From a virus, in the IMG/VR virus record IMGVR_UViG_3300022925_000005: a DNA stretch of 64,000 nt; one strand, 5' to 3'. Position numbers and translations under genes: made by a program. The number at the start of each line of letters is the position of its first letter. The first letter of the stretch is position 1. The notes under the pieces are model-generated. The model was not told the DNA's origin. It saw nothing but the letters and a program-made list of their open reading frames with translations, and did not search any database. Positions 1 through 9,620 of this stretch are shown here, piece after piece.

Positions 1-57
1 TGATTCCCACATTTGTAGGAACTCATTTATTTCGCTTTGAGATTCAACTATAACCAT
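1..57 (-). CDS. 5' end of a gene running off the left edge (MVIVESQSEINEFLQMWES...), product unknown
   Basis: ATG at 57-55 and 19 open codons to the window edge, immediately downstream of a TATATTTG promoter element. Too short to assign a function. Confidence 0.5.
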   Translation of the reverse strand, partial: MVIVESQSEINEFLQMWES

Positions 58-61
58 TTTA

Positions 62-93
62 CAAATATACAAAAAATTATTGGATTATCCCAA
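62..93 (-). promoter_or_regulatory. Bacteroidota-type primary sigma promoter (-33 TTG / -7 TAnnTTTG)
   Basis: The minus strand has TTG at 93-91 and TATATTTG at 69-62, only 4 nt before the ATG at 57 (near-leaderless). Confidence 0.6.
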
Positions 94-1041
94 TGTTTTA
101 GAAGTATTTTTTACTTTACTAAGATATTCACTAAATCTCTGTCTATGTAAATCAGTTACATCATCATTTTCATTACCATCAATTGGAGTTGGGTAAACAT
201 TGGATTGAAATCCATCAGTTCTGTAATATTCCACATCATCTCGTATTCTGAGTATGTTGTTCCACAATGTATCTTCGCCATTACCCTCTCTATCAGTTAC
301 TCTACCATTATTATGGATTCTAGCATATGTTAATGTCTTTTTTATCGAAGTATGTGATAACCCCAAATAATCCATAATACCCATAGCTTCCAAATCATCT
401 ACAAAGTTAGATGTTACTTCCAACTTATCAACAACCTTTAATAAAGATGATACTCTCATCACATAGGTATGATATACACACATATGATTAGCCTTAGAAC
501 AATGAATTATTGAACTATGGAATTGTGGTTCATCATAATGATTGTGTTTAAATCTCCAAGGTAGGTTATATGGGTGTTCATGTAGGTAACCTTCCCAAAT
601 ATCAACTGTCTTTGGTGCTTCAATAGGTGTTTGGGTTGTAATCTTACTTTGTAACGAACCATCCTCAAAGAAAGTAGCTGAACCATAACTAAAGTCCAAC
701 TTTGGGTTGTTACTATAAGTACGAACTATATACTCAATTGAAGTTTCCGCCAATAAATCATCATCATCCAATCGTACAATCAGTTCCCCCTTAGATAACT
801 TAGGTGAAATACTCCAAGAATCCTTAAACATATCATATGGAGTTGCTGATGTAAGGTAAACTATACGTTTTGTTGGGTTGTTTGATTTGAAGGTGTTGTA
901 GATTCTAAAGTTTTCATCAGAGCCACTATCATCAAATAGAATAACTTCCCAATTATCATAAGTTTGTAATTGGATGGAAGCTAATGCCTCTTTTAAAAAA
1001 TCAGGTCTTTTGAACGTTCGTACAACTATTGTAACTTTCAT
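85..1041 (-). CDS. Glycosyltransferase family 2 (GT-A fold)
   Basis: N-terminal VTIVVRTFKRPDFLKEALASIQLQTYDNWEVILFDDSGSD and the DxD-type RLDDDD motif are typical of GT2. Confidence 0.9.
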   Translation of the reverse strand: MKVTIVVRTFKRPDFLKEALASIQLQTYDNWEVILFDDSGSDENFRIYNTFKSNNPTKRIVYLTSATPYDMFKDSWSISPKLSKGELIVRLDDDDLLAETSIEYIVRTYSNNPKLDFSYGSATFFEDGSLQSKITTQTPIEAPKTVDIWEGYLHEHPYNLPWRFKHNHYDEPQFHSSIIHCSKANHMCVYHTYVMRVSSLLKVVDKLEVTSNFVDDLEAMGIMDYLGLSHTSIKKTLTYARIHNNGRVTDREGNGEDTLWNNILRIRDDVEYYRTDGFQSNVYPTPIDGNENDDVTDLHRQRFSEYLSKVKNTSKTLG

Positions 1042-1060
1042 CTATTTGTGAGTTTGAGAA

Positions 1061-1091
1061 CAAATATACGAAAAATATTTTGATTTACAAA
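1061..1091 (-). promoter_or_regulatory. Bacteroidota-type primary sigma promoter for the glycosyltransferase
   Basis: TTTG (1091-1088), 19-nt spacer and TATATTTG (1068-1061) match the Bacteroides/Flavobacterium TTTG-N19-21-TAnnTTTG consensus. Confidence 0.7.
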
Positions 1092-1092
1092 A

Positions 1093-1449
1093 TTATTTTT
1101 TGTGGAATTGTAAAAGATTTGGTAAATATAATCCAATCTTAGGAATATCCTTTGATGCTAATTTAATTGATGCTGAGTTGGATTTTCTAATTTCATCCGG
1201 CTTCCCAGTTATTCTCCAATCCAAAACTGCCAACGTATAATAAACTTTGTTTTCAACTTTAGATGCGAAGTTTGACTTAATCTCATATATAGGTGCGCTT
1301 GAATCGTTTACCTTTTGTATAAAAAACCTAGTTATATACCCAGATAAATAATCACTATCGATGGGTTTTGGAATATATGTTATTATCTTTAACCTTTCCA
1401 ATCCAGATGGTAATTTCTTAATATTATTATAATTATCCTTACTTATCAT
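1093..1449 (-). CDS. Hypothetical protein, last gene of the baseplate cluster
   Basis: 118-aa ORF, co-oriented and tightly packed. No recognised motif. Confidence 0.6.
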   Translation of the reverse strand: MISKDNYNNIKKLPSGLERLKIITYIPKPIDSDYLSGYITRFFIQKVNDSSAPIYEIKSNFASKVENKVYYTLAVLDWRITGKPDEIRKSNSASIKLASKDIPKIGLYLPNLLQFHKK

Positions 1450-1468
1450 AATTTAAAAATATTATAGT

Positions 1469-3685
1469 TTAGTTATTGGAAGGTCTAAATCCGCCCGTTA
1501 TTTCGGTTGTCCATTGCATACCATCAATCACATGCTTAACTGATAAGGTTTGGAAAAATGAACCCGGTCTTTCATACATATATGGTAATCCATTAATTTT
1601 AAACATATCACCACGTCTTATACCACTAATACCATGTATTTTAAATGTAAATTTTATTGGCATCAATGCACCAGCACCAGCAATGTTACCCAATTCCTTT
1701 TTCTTTATTTTTGAAAAAGTTTCAACATCTTTATAAGCACCTACATAACATATATCATATAGTGGCTTTTCCTTAACCTCGGATGCATCTTTATAATTTA
1801 CAAATGGGTATAAAAATAGCTTACCCAATAAAACATCCAATGCCTCTTGCTTTTTAGCATCGGCCGATTCCGTTGTAGTGTTTTGTAATTTAATTTGAGC
1901 AGGTGTTAACTTATCCATTATACTTAGAACCATATCGGTTTTACCAGAAAATAGTGTAGAAGGTACATTCTTACCTTGTCCATTTAAACTTGTACTTAAT
2001 CGTTGTCCAATTATCTGGTCCATCTTAGCGGCTGATATTCCTAAATCCAATGATGAATCGATAATTATCGATTGTTCACCAATAGTATTCAAATTTAACT
2101 TAATTCCGTTTGGTGCTGCTGATACAAAACTTAAGTCTACAACGGATAACTCAGATATACCATCTTCAATTTGTCTTTCTACTATTTGGAAATCCCATAA
2201 ACCATTTACAGCAGATGACATCCCATTAAGTATTTGATAAAGTGCATCTTTTGTTGTATTATTTTTGGTTTCCAATATTCCCTTAACGAAATCAAAATTA
2301 ACATATAAATCATCAAGTTTACCCCAAAATTTAGCCTTTTGAGAAATTTTCTCACCAAGCTTACCAGTCTCATTTAATCCAGTTTGTTTTGGGAATTGAA
2401 TACCATTTAAACCTCTACTGTTATCCTGTATATCCTTTAAATCTAATCCAATACTTACATCACTTACTTTAAATTTAGGTGTATTTGGATTTGGAATAAA
2501 TAATACAGTTGGGTCTAAACTATACATATGGTCAAATGCCAAACAATATGTTTTTTCGGTATTTACTCTAAATTTTACAGTTTTACCATTCGATAGTTTA
2601 AATCCGTTTGAACCTAATGCAAAAAAGATATCCATCATTGCACCAAAACGTATAAATCTATTTTCGGATATTAGTTCAGTTCCACCAGGAAGTGCAACTT
2701 CAGTATCACCTACTTTTACTTTAGCTTTTTTAAGTCCAAACCAAGAACCATCAGTATCACCATTTATTTGTTCTGAAACATCTTCATCCCAATTGATAAA
2801 ATTCTCAACTTTACCCAAAGTGGATATTAACGATTGTACTCTGGGAGTTTTTCTACTATCAGGTAAATCGTTGAACATTCTCATAAATCGTTCCTTACCC
2901 AACTCACCGGCTTTACCAGCATCTTCTATTGAATTAGCTCCAAATGGCTCAGTTGGTTGAATCTTTACATTATCTAACTTCCCATCGATAGTTACCTCAT
3001 CTTCTGCGTTTTCAGTAGATATCATATAACCGGGTAATTCAGTAAATCCAGTTAGTTGTACACTTATTGTCCATTTATCACCATCTTGTGAAAGAGAACC
3101 ACCAGTTATGAAACCTAAATAATTATCATATTCTCCACCAGTATTTTCTCTTTTTTTGGTAGTTTCTACAAATGATTGAAACGATGAAACATAATCACCT
3201 GATAAGTTACTTTGCCAACCATTTACTGAATTTTGTGTATTCCATCCCCATTCTAAAAATACACTATAACCAGGTTCAAGAAAGTATTCCAATAACAATT
3301 CCATTTGTTCTTTAGTAAATGCGGTTATTGAAAAATTTGCTTTTCTTGATAAATTACCTTCACCCTCATCAATTTCAATTGATGATATTATTGGAGATGG
3401 TTTATACCCCTGCCCTTCACTTGCATAAACTGCACCACCACCCCAAGTTGTACCAATAATACCAGATACCTTATCATTACCATATATAGATGCTACATTA
3501 GTATCACCAGCCGCCTTGAATGTGGCTATATCCGGATTTGAATATAACATTAAACCACTACCCGCAGCAGATGCAACTCTAATCCAAGAGTTTAAAGATG
3601 AAACTTTTATAGGATTACCAGTTCTCTCAGTAATTCGAGATACTACATGGTTAGGAACTTGTGTAAAATTTGGAAATGATGACAT
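1469..3685 (-). CDS. Putative baseplate hub protein (gp27/VgrG-like)
   Basis: Follows the LysM gene. N-terminal FLEPGYSVFLEWGWN and C-terminal FKIHGISGIRRGDMFKI...VKHVIDGMQWTTEITG resemble hub beta-barrel proteins. Confidence 0.6.
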   Translation of the reverse strand: MSSFPNFTQVPNHVVSRITERTGNPIKVSSLNSWIRVASAAGSGLMLYSNPDIATFKAAGDTNVASIYGNDKVSGIIGTTWGGGAVYASEGQGYKPSPIISSIEIDEGEGNLSRKANFSITAFTKEQMELLLEYFLEPGYSVFLEWGWNTQNSVNGWQSNLSGDYVSSFQSFVETTKKRENTGGEYDNYLGFITGGSLSQDGDKWTISVQLTGFTELPGYMISTENAEDEVTIDGKLDNVKIQPTEPFGANSIEDAGKAGELGKERFMRMFNDLPDSRKTPRVQSLISTLGKVENFINWDEDVSEQINGDTDGSWFGLKKAKVKVGDTEVALPGGTELISENRFIRFGAMMDIFFALGSNGFKLSNGKTVKFRVNTEKTYCLAFDHMYSLDPTVLFIPNPNTPKFKVSDVSIGLDLKDIQDNSRGLNGIQFPKQTGLNETGKLGEKISQKAKFWGKLDDLYVNFDFVKGILETKNNTTKDALYQILNGMSSAVNGLWDFQIVERQIEDGISELSVVDLSFVSAAPNGIKLNLNTIGEQSIIIDSSLDLGISAAKMDQIIGQRLSTSLNGQGKNVPSTLFSGKTDMVLSIMDKLTPAQIKLQNTTTESADAKKQEALDVLLGKLFLYPFVNYKDASEVKEKPLYDICYVGAYKDVETFSKIKKKELGNIAGAGALMPIKFTFKIHGISGIRRGDMFKINGLPYMYERPGSFFQTLSVKHVIDGMQWTTEITGGFRPSNN

Positions 3686-3688
3686 AAC

Positions 3689-3979
3689 TTATTGATTGAA
3701 ATTTGACAGTATTTGTATGTAGTTTTGAGGGATTCTTAAAATAGTACCATCAGTTAATCCAAATGGTGCATTGTGTATATTATTAGCGGATGCTATAATC
3801 CACCAAAGTGATGCATCATTATAGTATTGATAAGCAAGTGTATCTAACCTATCACCAGTTTCAGTAGCAACATAGACATCATCATCTCTTAACGGAATCT
3901 GAGGATATATCTTTGAACGATATACTCGCCTCCCATCATTAGTGTTCTTTGTTTCGTTATATTTGTATCTACTAGCCAT
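3689..3979 (-). CDS. LysM-like baseplate wedge / tail X protein
   Basis: GDRLDTLAYQYYNDASLWWIIASANNI...GTILRIP is the P2 gpX / T4 gp53-type LysM signature. Confidence 0.85.
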   Translation of the reverse strand: MASRYKYNETKNTNDGRRVYRSKIYPQIPLRDDDVYVATETGDRLDTLAYQYYNDASLWWIIASANNIHNAPFGLTDGTILRIPQNYIQILSNFNQ

Positions 3980-3985
3980 TTCTTA

Positions 3986-5749
3986 TTATGTTGTTGTTGA
4001 AAATGAATAGAATTTTTTAGTATTCCCTCTACTTTCCAAAAATTTGATGGTAACAGCTACATCAGCAACCATAGGCAATCTAAAATTCTTTTCATTGATT
4101 TCCCAAGGAGTAGTATCATCAAATGTATATGATAATGCATCTATAAATGTATATTTGTTTTTATACAAATCCCCCAATGTAAACTGAATGAATGGTGGCT
4201 TCACCGCTGAGTTACTATAATACCCCTGTGGATAAACTAACCCAGTTAAGAAGTTTAACTTTTCCCATGCAATTTTGTGTTCCTGTAAATTTAAAGAAAA
4301 TACTTTAAAATTAAAAGATACACTACGTTCGATACCAGTATAGGTATGATAACTAAATGGATTACCTGCAAATTTATTACTATCCCAAGATGGAGAAAGG
4401 GTTTCACTTAATCCACTTATAGTTGCTCTAAATTGAACAGTTTTACCAGATGCTATTGATTTGAATTTTAAAGGTGCTACATCGATATCATCGTTTTCAC
4501 TATTAACTGCTAAGTTATTAACACCATCTGATTTAGTATCAATTTTATATTTAGTAATTAAGGATTTACCAGCCTTATCAATCTCAGGCGATATTCTATT
4601 TCTATCGATAGTTAGTTCTATCTTATCAGAAAATTTCTGTGTTCCATTTTCACCAAATACAGCACTATTTTCTTCACCTTCATTAATTGCCTCATCAATC
4701 GTTTTGAAACCGGTCTTTTCAGTATCTTTAAGAGTACCATCGGTATTAACCGCATCTTCAATTGTGTTTCGTTTAAGTGTATTGAATACTTCACTATATA
4801 ATGGATATTCATATTCACCACCAGGCAATCCCATAATAGATGGTACTGTGAATCTACGTTTTACAACTTGTGGTGTTTTTGATGCCAATCCACCCTCTTC
4901 AGTTGCATCAATAAAGTTTAATTTTCCAGGTTCATCATCTTTGATGGTTAACCTAAATGTTTTTTCATACATCAATCCACCAACATCCTTTATACCAGTT
5001 TTAGGGTCGGTTTTAATTGTTACACCAACTGCGTTGTCCAAACTACCATAGTTTACAGTAATGTTTGAACCATCTTTGTTTAAGCCAGCCGTATTAAATC
5101 CCGTTTTAGAACGGTCTCCAAATAATTTACCTCTAATCTTATCTTTTGCTAAGTTAATTGCTCCACCAATAGCCTGCTTTCCAATAGTTTTTAGGTTTCC
5201 ACCAATACCACCTTTTAATAGTTCTGCTAATAACTTATCTGATGGACTTCCTTTAATATCAGCTAAAAGAATCATTCTATTTTGGGTTTCCCCCTTAGAT
5301 TTTATTCTCGTATCATTATATATTTTTGTTGGGATTATATTTGATGTGATTTTTAACGTATCATTTACGAAATTTCTAGCATCTGCAATTGCCCCACCAA
5401 TTAATCCACCATCACCTTCACTACCATTAGCAGCAGCTTTCATCACATCCAATAATGGTGTTGTTCTTAGTGTAAGTCTTGGTAAATCTGAACCATATAT
5501 AATTGGAATAGATAATCCTCTAATTATTCGAGCACCTACTACCTCTTGTTCCAAAAGAGTTTCACTTCCTCTTACACCTAATGTTTTTCTTAATAAATTT
5601 GCTGCAGCAAATCCAGTATTGTTTACCAAAGGGTCAGACGTTGAAATACGGATATCCTTTGAGTTCTGAATATCATAAGCCTCTTCAGCTGTTGTACCAT
5701 TCTGAGATGGTAATAATTTTGTTTTAAATAATTCTAATAATGTTGGCAT
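3986..5749 (-). CDS. Tail tube initiator / baseplate protein (C-terminal tube-like domain)
   Basis: C-terminal FRATISGLSETLSPSW...YTGIERSVSFNFKV...PPFIQFTLGDLY...PWE is tube-fold-like. It lies between the tape measure and LysM genes. Confidence 0.6.
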   Translation of the reverse strand: MPTLLELFKTKLLPSQNGTTAEEAYDIQNSKDIRISTSDPLVNNTGFAAANLLRKTLGVRGSETLLEQEVVGARIIRGLSIPIIYGSDLPRLTLRTTPLLDVMKAAANGSEGDGGLIGGAIADARNFVNDTLKITSNIIPTKIYNDTRIKSKGETQNRMILLADIKGSPSDKLLAELLKGGIGGNLKTIGKQAIGGAINLAKDKIRGKLFGDRSKTGFNTAGLNKDGSNITVNYGSLDNAVGVTIKTDPKTGIKDVGGLMYEKTFRLTIKDDEPGKLNFIDATEEGGLASKTPQVVKRRFTVPSIMGLPGGEYEYPLYSEVFNTLKRNTIEDAVNTDGTLKDTEKTGFKTIDEAINEGEENSAVFGENGTQKFSDKIELTIDRNRISPEIDKAGKSLITKYKIDTKSDGVNNLAVNSENDDIDVAPLKFKSIASGKTVQFRATISGLSETLSPSWDSNKFAGNPFSYHTYTGIERSVSFNFKVFSLNLQEHKIAWEKLNFLTGLVYPQGYYSNSAVKPPFIQFTLGDLYKNKYTFIDALSYTFDDTTPWEINEKNFRLPMVADVAVTIKFLESRGNTKKFYSFSTTT

Positions 5750-5753
5750 ATTC

Positions 5754-8267
5754 TTAAACTATTGCGTATGAGTTAGCTCCTATTTTATCAACAGTGTTTG
5801 AAACACCGGCGGTAACTTTCCTACCATCCATATAAACATCTTTATTACCACTCATTACAATGATTAACTCATCTAATTTAGCAATTAACTTTTCATCATT
5901 GGATTCTTGTCCAATTCCTAACATACTACCAATACCAGCTGCAGCATCAGTAAGTCCACCTGCCACCATTCCTAATGGTGAATTTGAAATTAGATTACTA
6001 AGGAAATCATCAGGAGTTTTTGTTGCTATTAATGTATCTTCTGGATTAGTTGATATGATTTTACCATCTTGAACAATACCATCATTAATACTACCTGCTG
6101 ATTGTAGTTGGTTTGCATCGCTAGCCAACTCACTATCATCCATAAACCAATCTCGTATCCAATCAGGCACTATACTCATAAATAGATTTTTGATTTTAGA
6201 ACCAATGGAACTAAAGAAATCAGATATATAGTTACCTATTGTTGGGAAGATATCCATAATGGTATCCAATAGTACCATTGGTAGTGATACAAAGAATCTA
6301 AGAATACCTTCACCTAAAGACATTAATCCATCTAATATTAAATCAAAATCGCCAGTAAATATTCCTTTAAATATATCATAAACTCCACCTATAATACTCA
6401 TTACAGCCTTTAATCCATTTGAGAATAGATTTATAGAAAATACTATACCACTTGATACTATCTTTCCAATGAACTCAAAAATACTAGCTAAACCAGCACC
6501 ATCACCAAAAATATCTTTCATTATACTTTGTATTGGCTTGAATGCATCCATAACACCTTCAATTGCTCTACCAATAGGTGCCCATACTCCTGTTATATAT
6601 CCGATTATCGGCCCTAATACACCCATAATAAGTTTACCAATTGGCATGAATGCCATCAATAAGTTATTACCCATTGCTTTTAGAGAATTTCCCATATTAT
6701 CGAATTCGGATTGCATCTTTTTCTGATTTCCCATTTCGATAGCCTTACGTTCTAAATCTTTATCACCAATATCACCGATTTTCATTCCAGCATCTAATAG
6801 TGCATTAGCTGCGGCTAATTTTTCATCATCAATGTTTTTGAATTTTTTAGCTATTTCTTGTTGTTTAATCAAGCTCTTTAAATCCATACCAGTGGCATCT
6901 GCTAATGCCTTTTTCTGATACATATTCATTTTGTTGATATCACCCAACTTACTCACCTCAGCATTTACAGCTTTTTGAGCCTCTACAGTCTTACCCTCAA
7001 ATGCCAATGCTCTAGCTTTGTTAAAGTTGACACGAGTTCCCAACATAGCACCCAATTCCAATTCTTTGGTAATAGATGATTCAAAATCTAATAATCCCTC
7101 AGCAACTTTAGCAGTTTCACCAACGGTTGTACCCATTTTTCTAGCCTCAATTGCGGCTTTTGCTAATGCTTTAGTAGAACCCCTAAAGTGCATCAATCCA
7201 ACCTCAGCGTTTTCTGCAATATCTTTCATAACTGCAGCTGGTGCTACTCCAGCAGCTTCAGCGGCTGCTATTGTAGTTTGAATCATATTTTGTGCAGTTG
7301 CGGCTGATGCCCCAGACATCAACTGGAATTGTTCGTTTACTTTAGCTTGAGATTCAGCAGATACACCAAAACTCTTCTCCATTGCAACCATTGAGGTTAG
7401 AACGGCTTTTGAGGCTTCTTGAGTACCGGTGAATTGGTTGGAAAAGGTTGAAGCTGCTTTTGATGCATCTTCAATATTACCACCGATTACGGCTGTGTTC
7501 TTAGCCACTGCTGCAAATTTGGATTCCAAATCTTCAGTTTGTGAGTTTAATAAACCAGTTTCATTTCTAAAATCCTTTGCTGCTTTTGATACTTTATAAA
7601 ATGCAAGTAGACCAGCACCAGCAATTAAAGCAATAGCAGCAACAGCCAATCCTATTGGATTTGCTAATAAAGGTCCTAATGCTTTTGATACTTGTCCAAA
7701 TCCAGCTTTCATACCACCAGAGAATGAAGCCATAAATCCTTTTCCTTGACTTAATCCACGTTTAAACATTATACCAAATCCTCTGGTAAATCCAGCAGAC
7801 ATTTTACCAATCTGAGCGTTTAGCATATCACTTGGTATCAATTTACTGAAGAACTTGCCTAATATGGGTATTTGTTCTATTTCGGATTTTAAATTATCAA
7901 TACCATTAGTGATACCATCTGCTACAGAGTTGGTTATTTTTGATACACGATTTAATATTTCAAACTTTTTTTGTTCTACTTTAAGACCGTCTTGTGCTAT
8001 TTTATTTGCTGTAAGTAAATCATTTTTCATTTTTTGATTTACACCATAATTTGTTTTAAGAATACGAGCCCTACCTCTTTCTAATTTTTCTAAACTCTTT
8101 TCAATATCTTCCGATGATTGGACATCAGCTAGTATGGATTTAGTCAAAGATACCTCACGTTCAAGAGATTTGTTGCGCTTATCAGATGCTGCGGCCATAT
8201 CTGACATGACCTTACTAATAGAATTAGTAAGTTGTTGTATTTCTCTTAACTCGTCCGCGTTCTGCAT
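5754..8267 (-). CDS. Tail tape measure protein
   Basis: 837 aa, Ala/Lys/Gly-rich and helical, with amphipathic hydrophobic repeats in the C-terminal half. Canonical position after the tube and chaperone genes. Confidence 0.8.
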   Translation of the reverse strand: MQNADELREIQQLTNSISKVMSDMAAASDKRNKSLEREVSLTKSILADVQSSEDIEKSLEKLERGRARILKTNYGVNQKMKNDLLTANKIAQDGLKVEQKKFEILNRVSKITNSVADGITNGIDNLKSEIEQIPILGKFFSKLIPSDMLNAQIGKMSAGFTRGFGIMFKRGLSQGKGFMASFSGGMKAGFGQVSKALGPLLANPIGLAVAAIALIAGAGLLAFYKVSKAAKDFRNETGLLNSQTEDLESKFAAVAKNTAVIGGNIEDASKAASTFSNQFTGTQEASKAVLTSMVAMEKSFGVSAESQAKVNEQFQLMSGASAATAQNMIQTTIAAAEAAGVAPAAVMKDIAENAEVGLMHFRGSTKALAKAAIEARKMGTTVGETAKVAEGLLDFESSITKELELGAMLGTRVNFNKARALAFEGKTVEAQKAVNAEVSKLGDINKMNMYQKKALADATGMDLKSLIKQQEIAKKFKNIDDEKLAAANALLDAGMKIGDIGDKDLERKAIEMGNQKKMQSEFDNMGNSLKAMGNNLLMAFMPIGKLIMGVLGPIIGYITGVWAPIGRAIEGVMDAFKPIQSIMKDIFGDGAGLASIFEFIGKIVSSGIVFSINLFSNGLKAVMSIIGGVYDIFKGIFTGDFDLILDGLMSLGEGILRFFVSLPMVLLDTIMDIFPTIGNYISDFFSSIGSKIKNLFMSIVPDWIRDWFMDDSELASDANQLQSAGSINDGIVQDGKIISTNPEDTLIATKTPDDFLSNLISNSPLGMVAGGLTDAAAGIGSMLGIGQESNDEKLIAKLDELIIVMSGNKDVYMDGRKVTAGVSNTVDKIGANSYAIV

Positions 8268-8270
8268 CTA

Positions 8271-8510
8271 TTATATGTATTTCTTTAAACTATCAGGTAT
8301 AGTATATCCTCTAGCTTCCAACTTATCTATATTTTTCTTTAAATCGGATAATGCCTTATCACCATCTATTAAAGCTTGTTGAATAGTTTTATCACCCTTT
8401 AATGCCTTTGATAATGTTTTCTTAAATAGCATAGAAAGGATACCTTCTTTCAAATTATGCTTAGATTTAATCTCATTAAAAAGATTTTTATCTTTTTTTG
8501 TAATTTTCAT
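8271..8510 (-). CDS. Small basic hypothetical protein
   Basis: 79-aa ORF with its own ATATTTAT motif about 22 nt upstream, ending 4 nt before the tape measure start. Confidence 0.65.
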   Translation of the reverse strand: MKITKKDKNLFNEIKSKHNLKEGILSMLFKKTLSKALKGDKTIQQALIDGDKALSDLKKNIDKLEARGYTIPDSLKKYI

Positions 8511-8531
8511 AAGTATTCTTATTTGTCCTTC

Positions 8532-8540
8532 TATAAATAT
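8532..8540 (-). promoter_or_regulatory. Candidate phage late promoter (ATATTTATA)
   Basis: Recurrent intergenic motif, here just downstream of a terminator. Confidence 0.55.
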
Positions 8541-8547
8541 TAGATAT

Positions 8548-8583
8548 AAAAAAAGTGAAGATTATTTCCTAACCTTCACTTTT
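8548..8583 (-). terminator. Rho-independent terminator
   Basis: Minus strand AAAAGTGAAGGTTA-GGAAA-TAATCTTCACTTTT running into a T tract. It overlaps the stop codon of the frameshift extension. Confidence 0.75.
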
Positions 8584-8777
8584 GATTGTCTTTGTGATTT
8601 TTCTTGCGATTCTTGCTCTTTTTTCTTAGCATCTATCAATTGTTGATAGTAGAAGTTTCTGAGATGAACCGGCAATCTATACACATCGGATTGAATGAAT
8701 CCATTACCATAGTAACATAATTCAAAAATTTGTGTGTGTAATAACTTAGAATAGTTATTCGGAAGGCCAAAAAAACC
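8562..8777 (-). CDS. Unannotated gp51-like extension of the 8755-9513 protein, expressed by a putative +1/-2 frameshift (tail assembly chaperone long form)
   Basis: 71 sense codons (GFFGLPNNYSKLLHTQIFELCYYGNGFIQSDVYRLPVHLRNFYYQQLIDAKKKEQE...KVRK*) open right after an in-frame TAG. There is no ATG, and the frame overlaps GGGTTTTTTTGG at the end of the upstream gene. Confidence 0.7.
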   Translation of the reverse strand, partial: GFFGLPNNYSKLLHTQIFELCYYGNGFIQSDVYRLPVHLRNFYYQQLIDAKKKEQESQEKSQRQSKVKVRK

Positions 8778-9513
8778 CTACGCCCATAGGAATCGAGCGT
8801 ACCTCCTCTTCTCCCGATTCTGGGTCTGTGTAATTGAACTCCATTTTCATATCAGGTTGGTTTTCTTTTACAAAATCCCTAAATGCTCTCGTATCTCTAG
8901 CTAAAAACTTATTATTAATGAAGTTAACTATTGATTTAGTATCCGATTCACCATCTACTGATTTAATCATATATCTATAACGAGTTGTTAATTCAGATGA
9001 AGTACCACTTTTATTAAACTTTTGTAGTGCCTTTACATCAATATCAATTGCCTTTTCATCACCATGCGTTAAATACTTAAACTCAATCTCATTTTTACCA
9101 AATGGAGTAGTAAATTTATAAGTATTTTCTGGATTTAGAGTAGTTATATCAATTTCTTTTGTTTGTACTGTTGATAAATCAACTACAACTTTATGTTTGT
9201 TATCAGCCGAATCTACCATCTCAACAGTATACTCTTTACCATATCCCAATAATCGAGTTGCTAACATAATAGCATTTTTATCACCTAAGATAATATCGTC
9301 TGGATTCACATTCTTATCAACTATAATAGCTTCAAACAATTTATCCAATACTACACCTTTTTTAATTAGGTTTTGAGATGTTAGGATTTCTTCTTCCCTA
9401 GCTGTCATATATTTTATCTCAATTTGGCCGGAAGAAAGTGGATTATCAGAAGGATAACATTTACCTTCAGATGGTAAACTAATCACTTCGGTTGGAAAGT
9501 CATGCTTTGTCAT
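8755..9513 (-). CDS. T4 gp26-like baseplate hub assembly protein / tail assembly chaperone
   Basis: ISLPSEGKCY...IKYMTAREEEIL...GDKNAIMLATR...G..Y motifs and a C-terminal FFWP. It lies between the tube and tape measure genes. Confidence 0.75.
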   Translation of the reverse strand: MTKHDFPTEVISLPSEGKCYPSDNPLSSGQIEIKYMTAREEEILTSQNLIKKGVVLDKLFEAIIVDKNVNPDDIILGDKNAIMLATRLLGYGKEYTVEMVDSADNKHKVVVDLSTVQTKEIDITTLNPENTYKFTTPFGKNEIEFKYLTHGDEKAIDIDVKALQKFNKSGTSSELTTRYRYMIKSVDGESDTKSIVNFINNKFLARDTRAFRDFVKENQPDMKMEFNYTDPESGEEEVRSIPMGVGFFWPSE

Positions 9514-9535
9514 ATTAAACCTTTATTTGTTTATA

Positions 9536-9544
9536 TATAAATAT
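9536..9544 (-). promoter_or_regulatory. Candidate phage late promoter (ATATTTATA)
   Basis: Motif about 23 nt upstream of the ATG at 9513, after a terminator. Confidence 0.55.
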
Positions 9545-9563
9545 ATAACTTTAAAAAAAAGAT

Positions 9564-9595
9564 AAAAAAAAAGGTTCTCACTAAGAGAACCTTTT
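9564..9595 (-). terminator. Rho-independent terminator after the tail tube gene
   Basis: AAAAGGTTCTC/GAGAACCTTTT inverted repeat running into a T9 tract on the minus strand. Confidence 0.85.
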
Positions 9596-9620
9596 CTATT
9601 ATTAAAATATGTGTTATATT

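Noticed and set aside
8755-8780. Canonical -1 frameshift (X XXY YYZ) at the chaperone gene end
   Set aside because: The run is phased GGG TTT TTT TGG, and the long downstream open frame is +1 (equivalent to -2), not -1.
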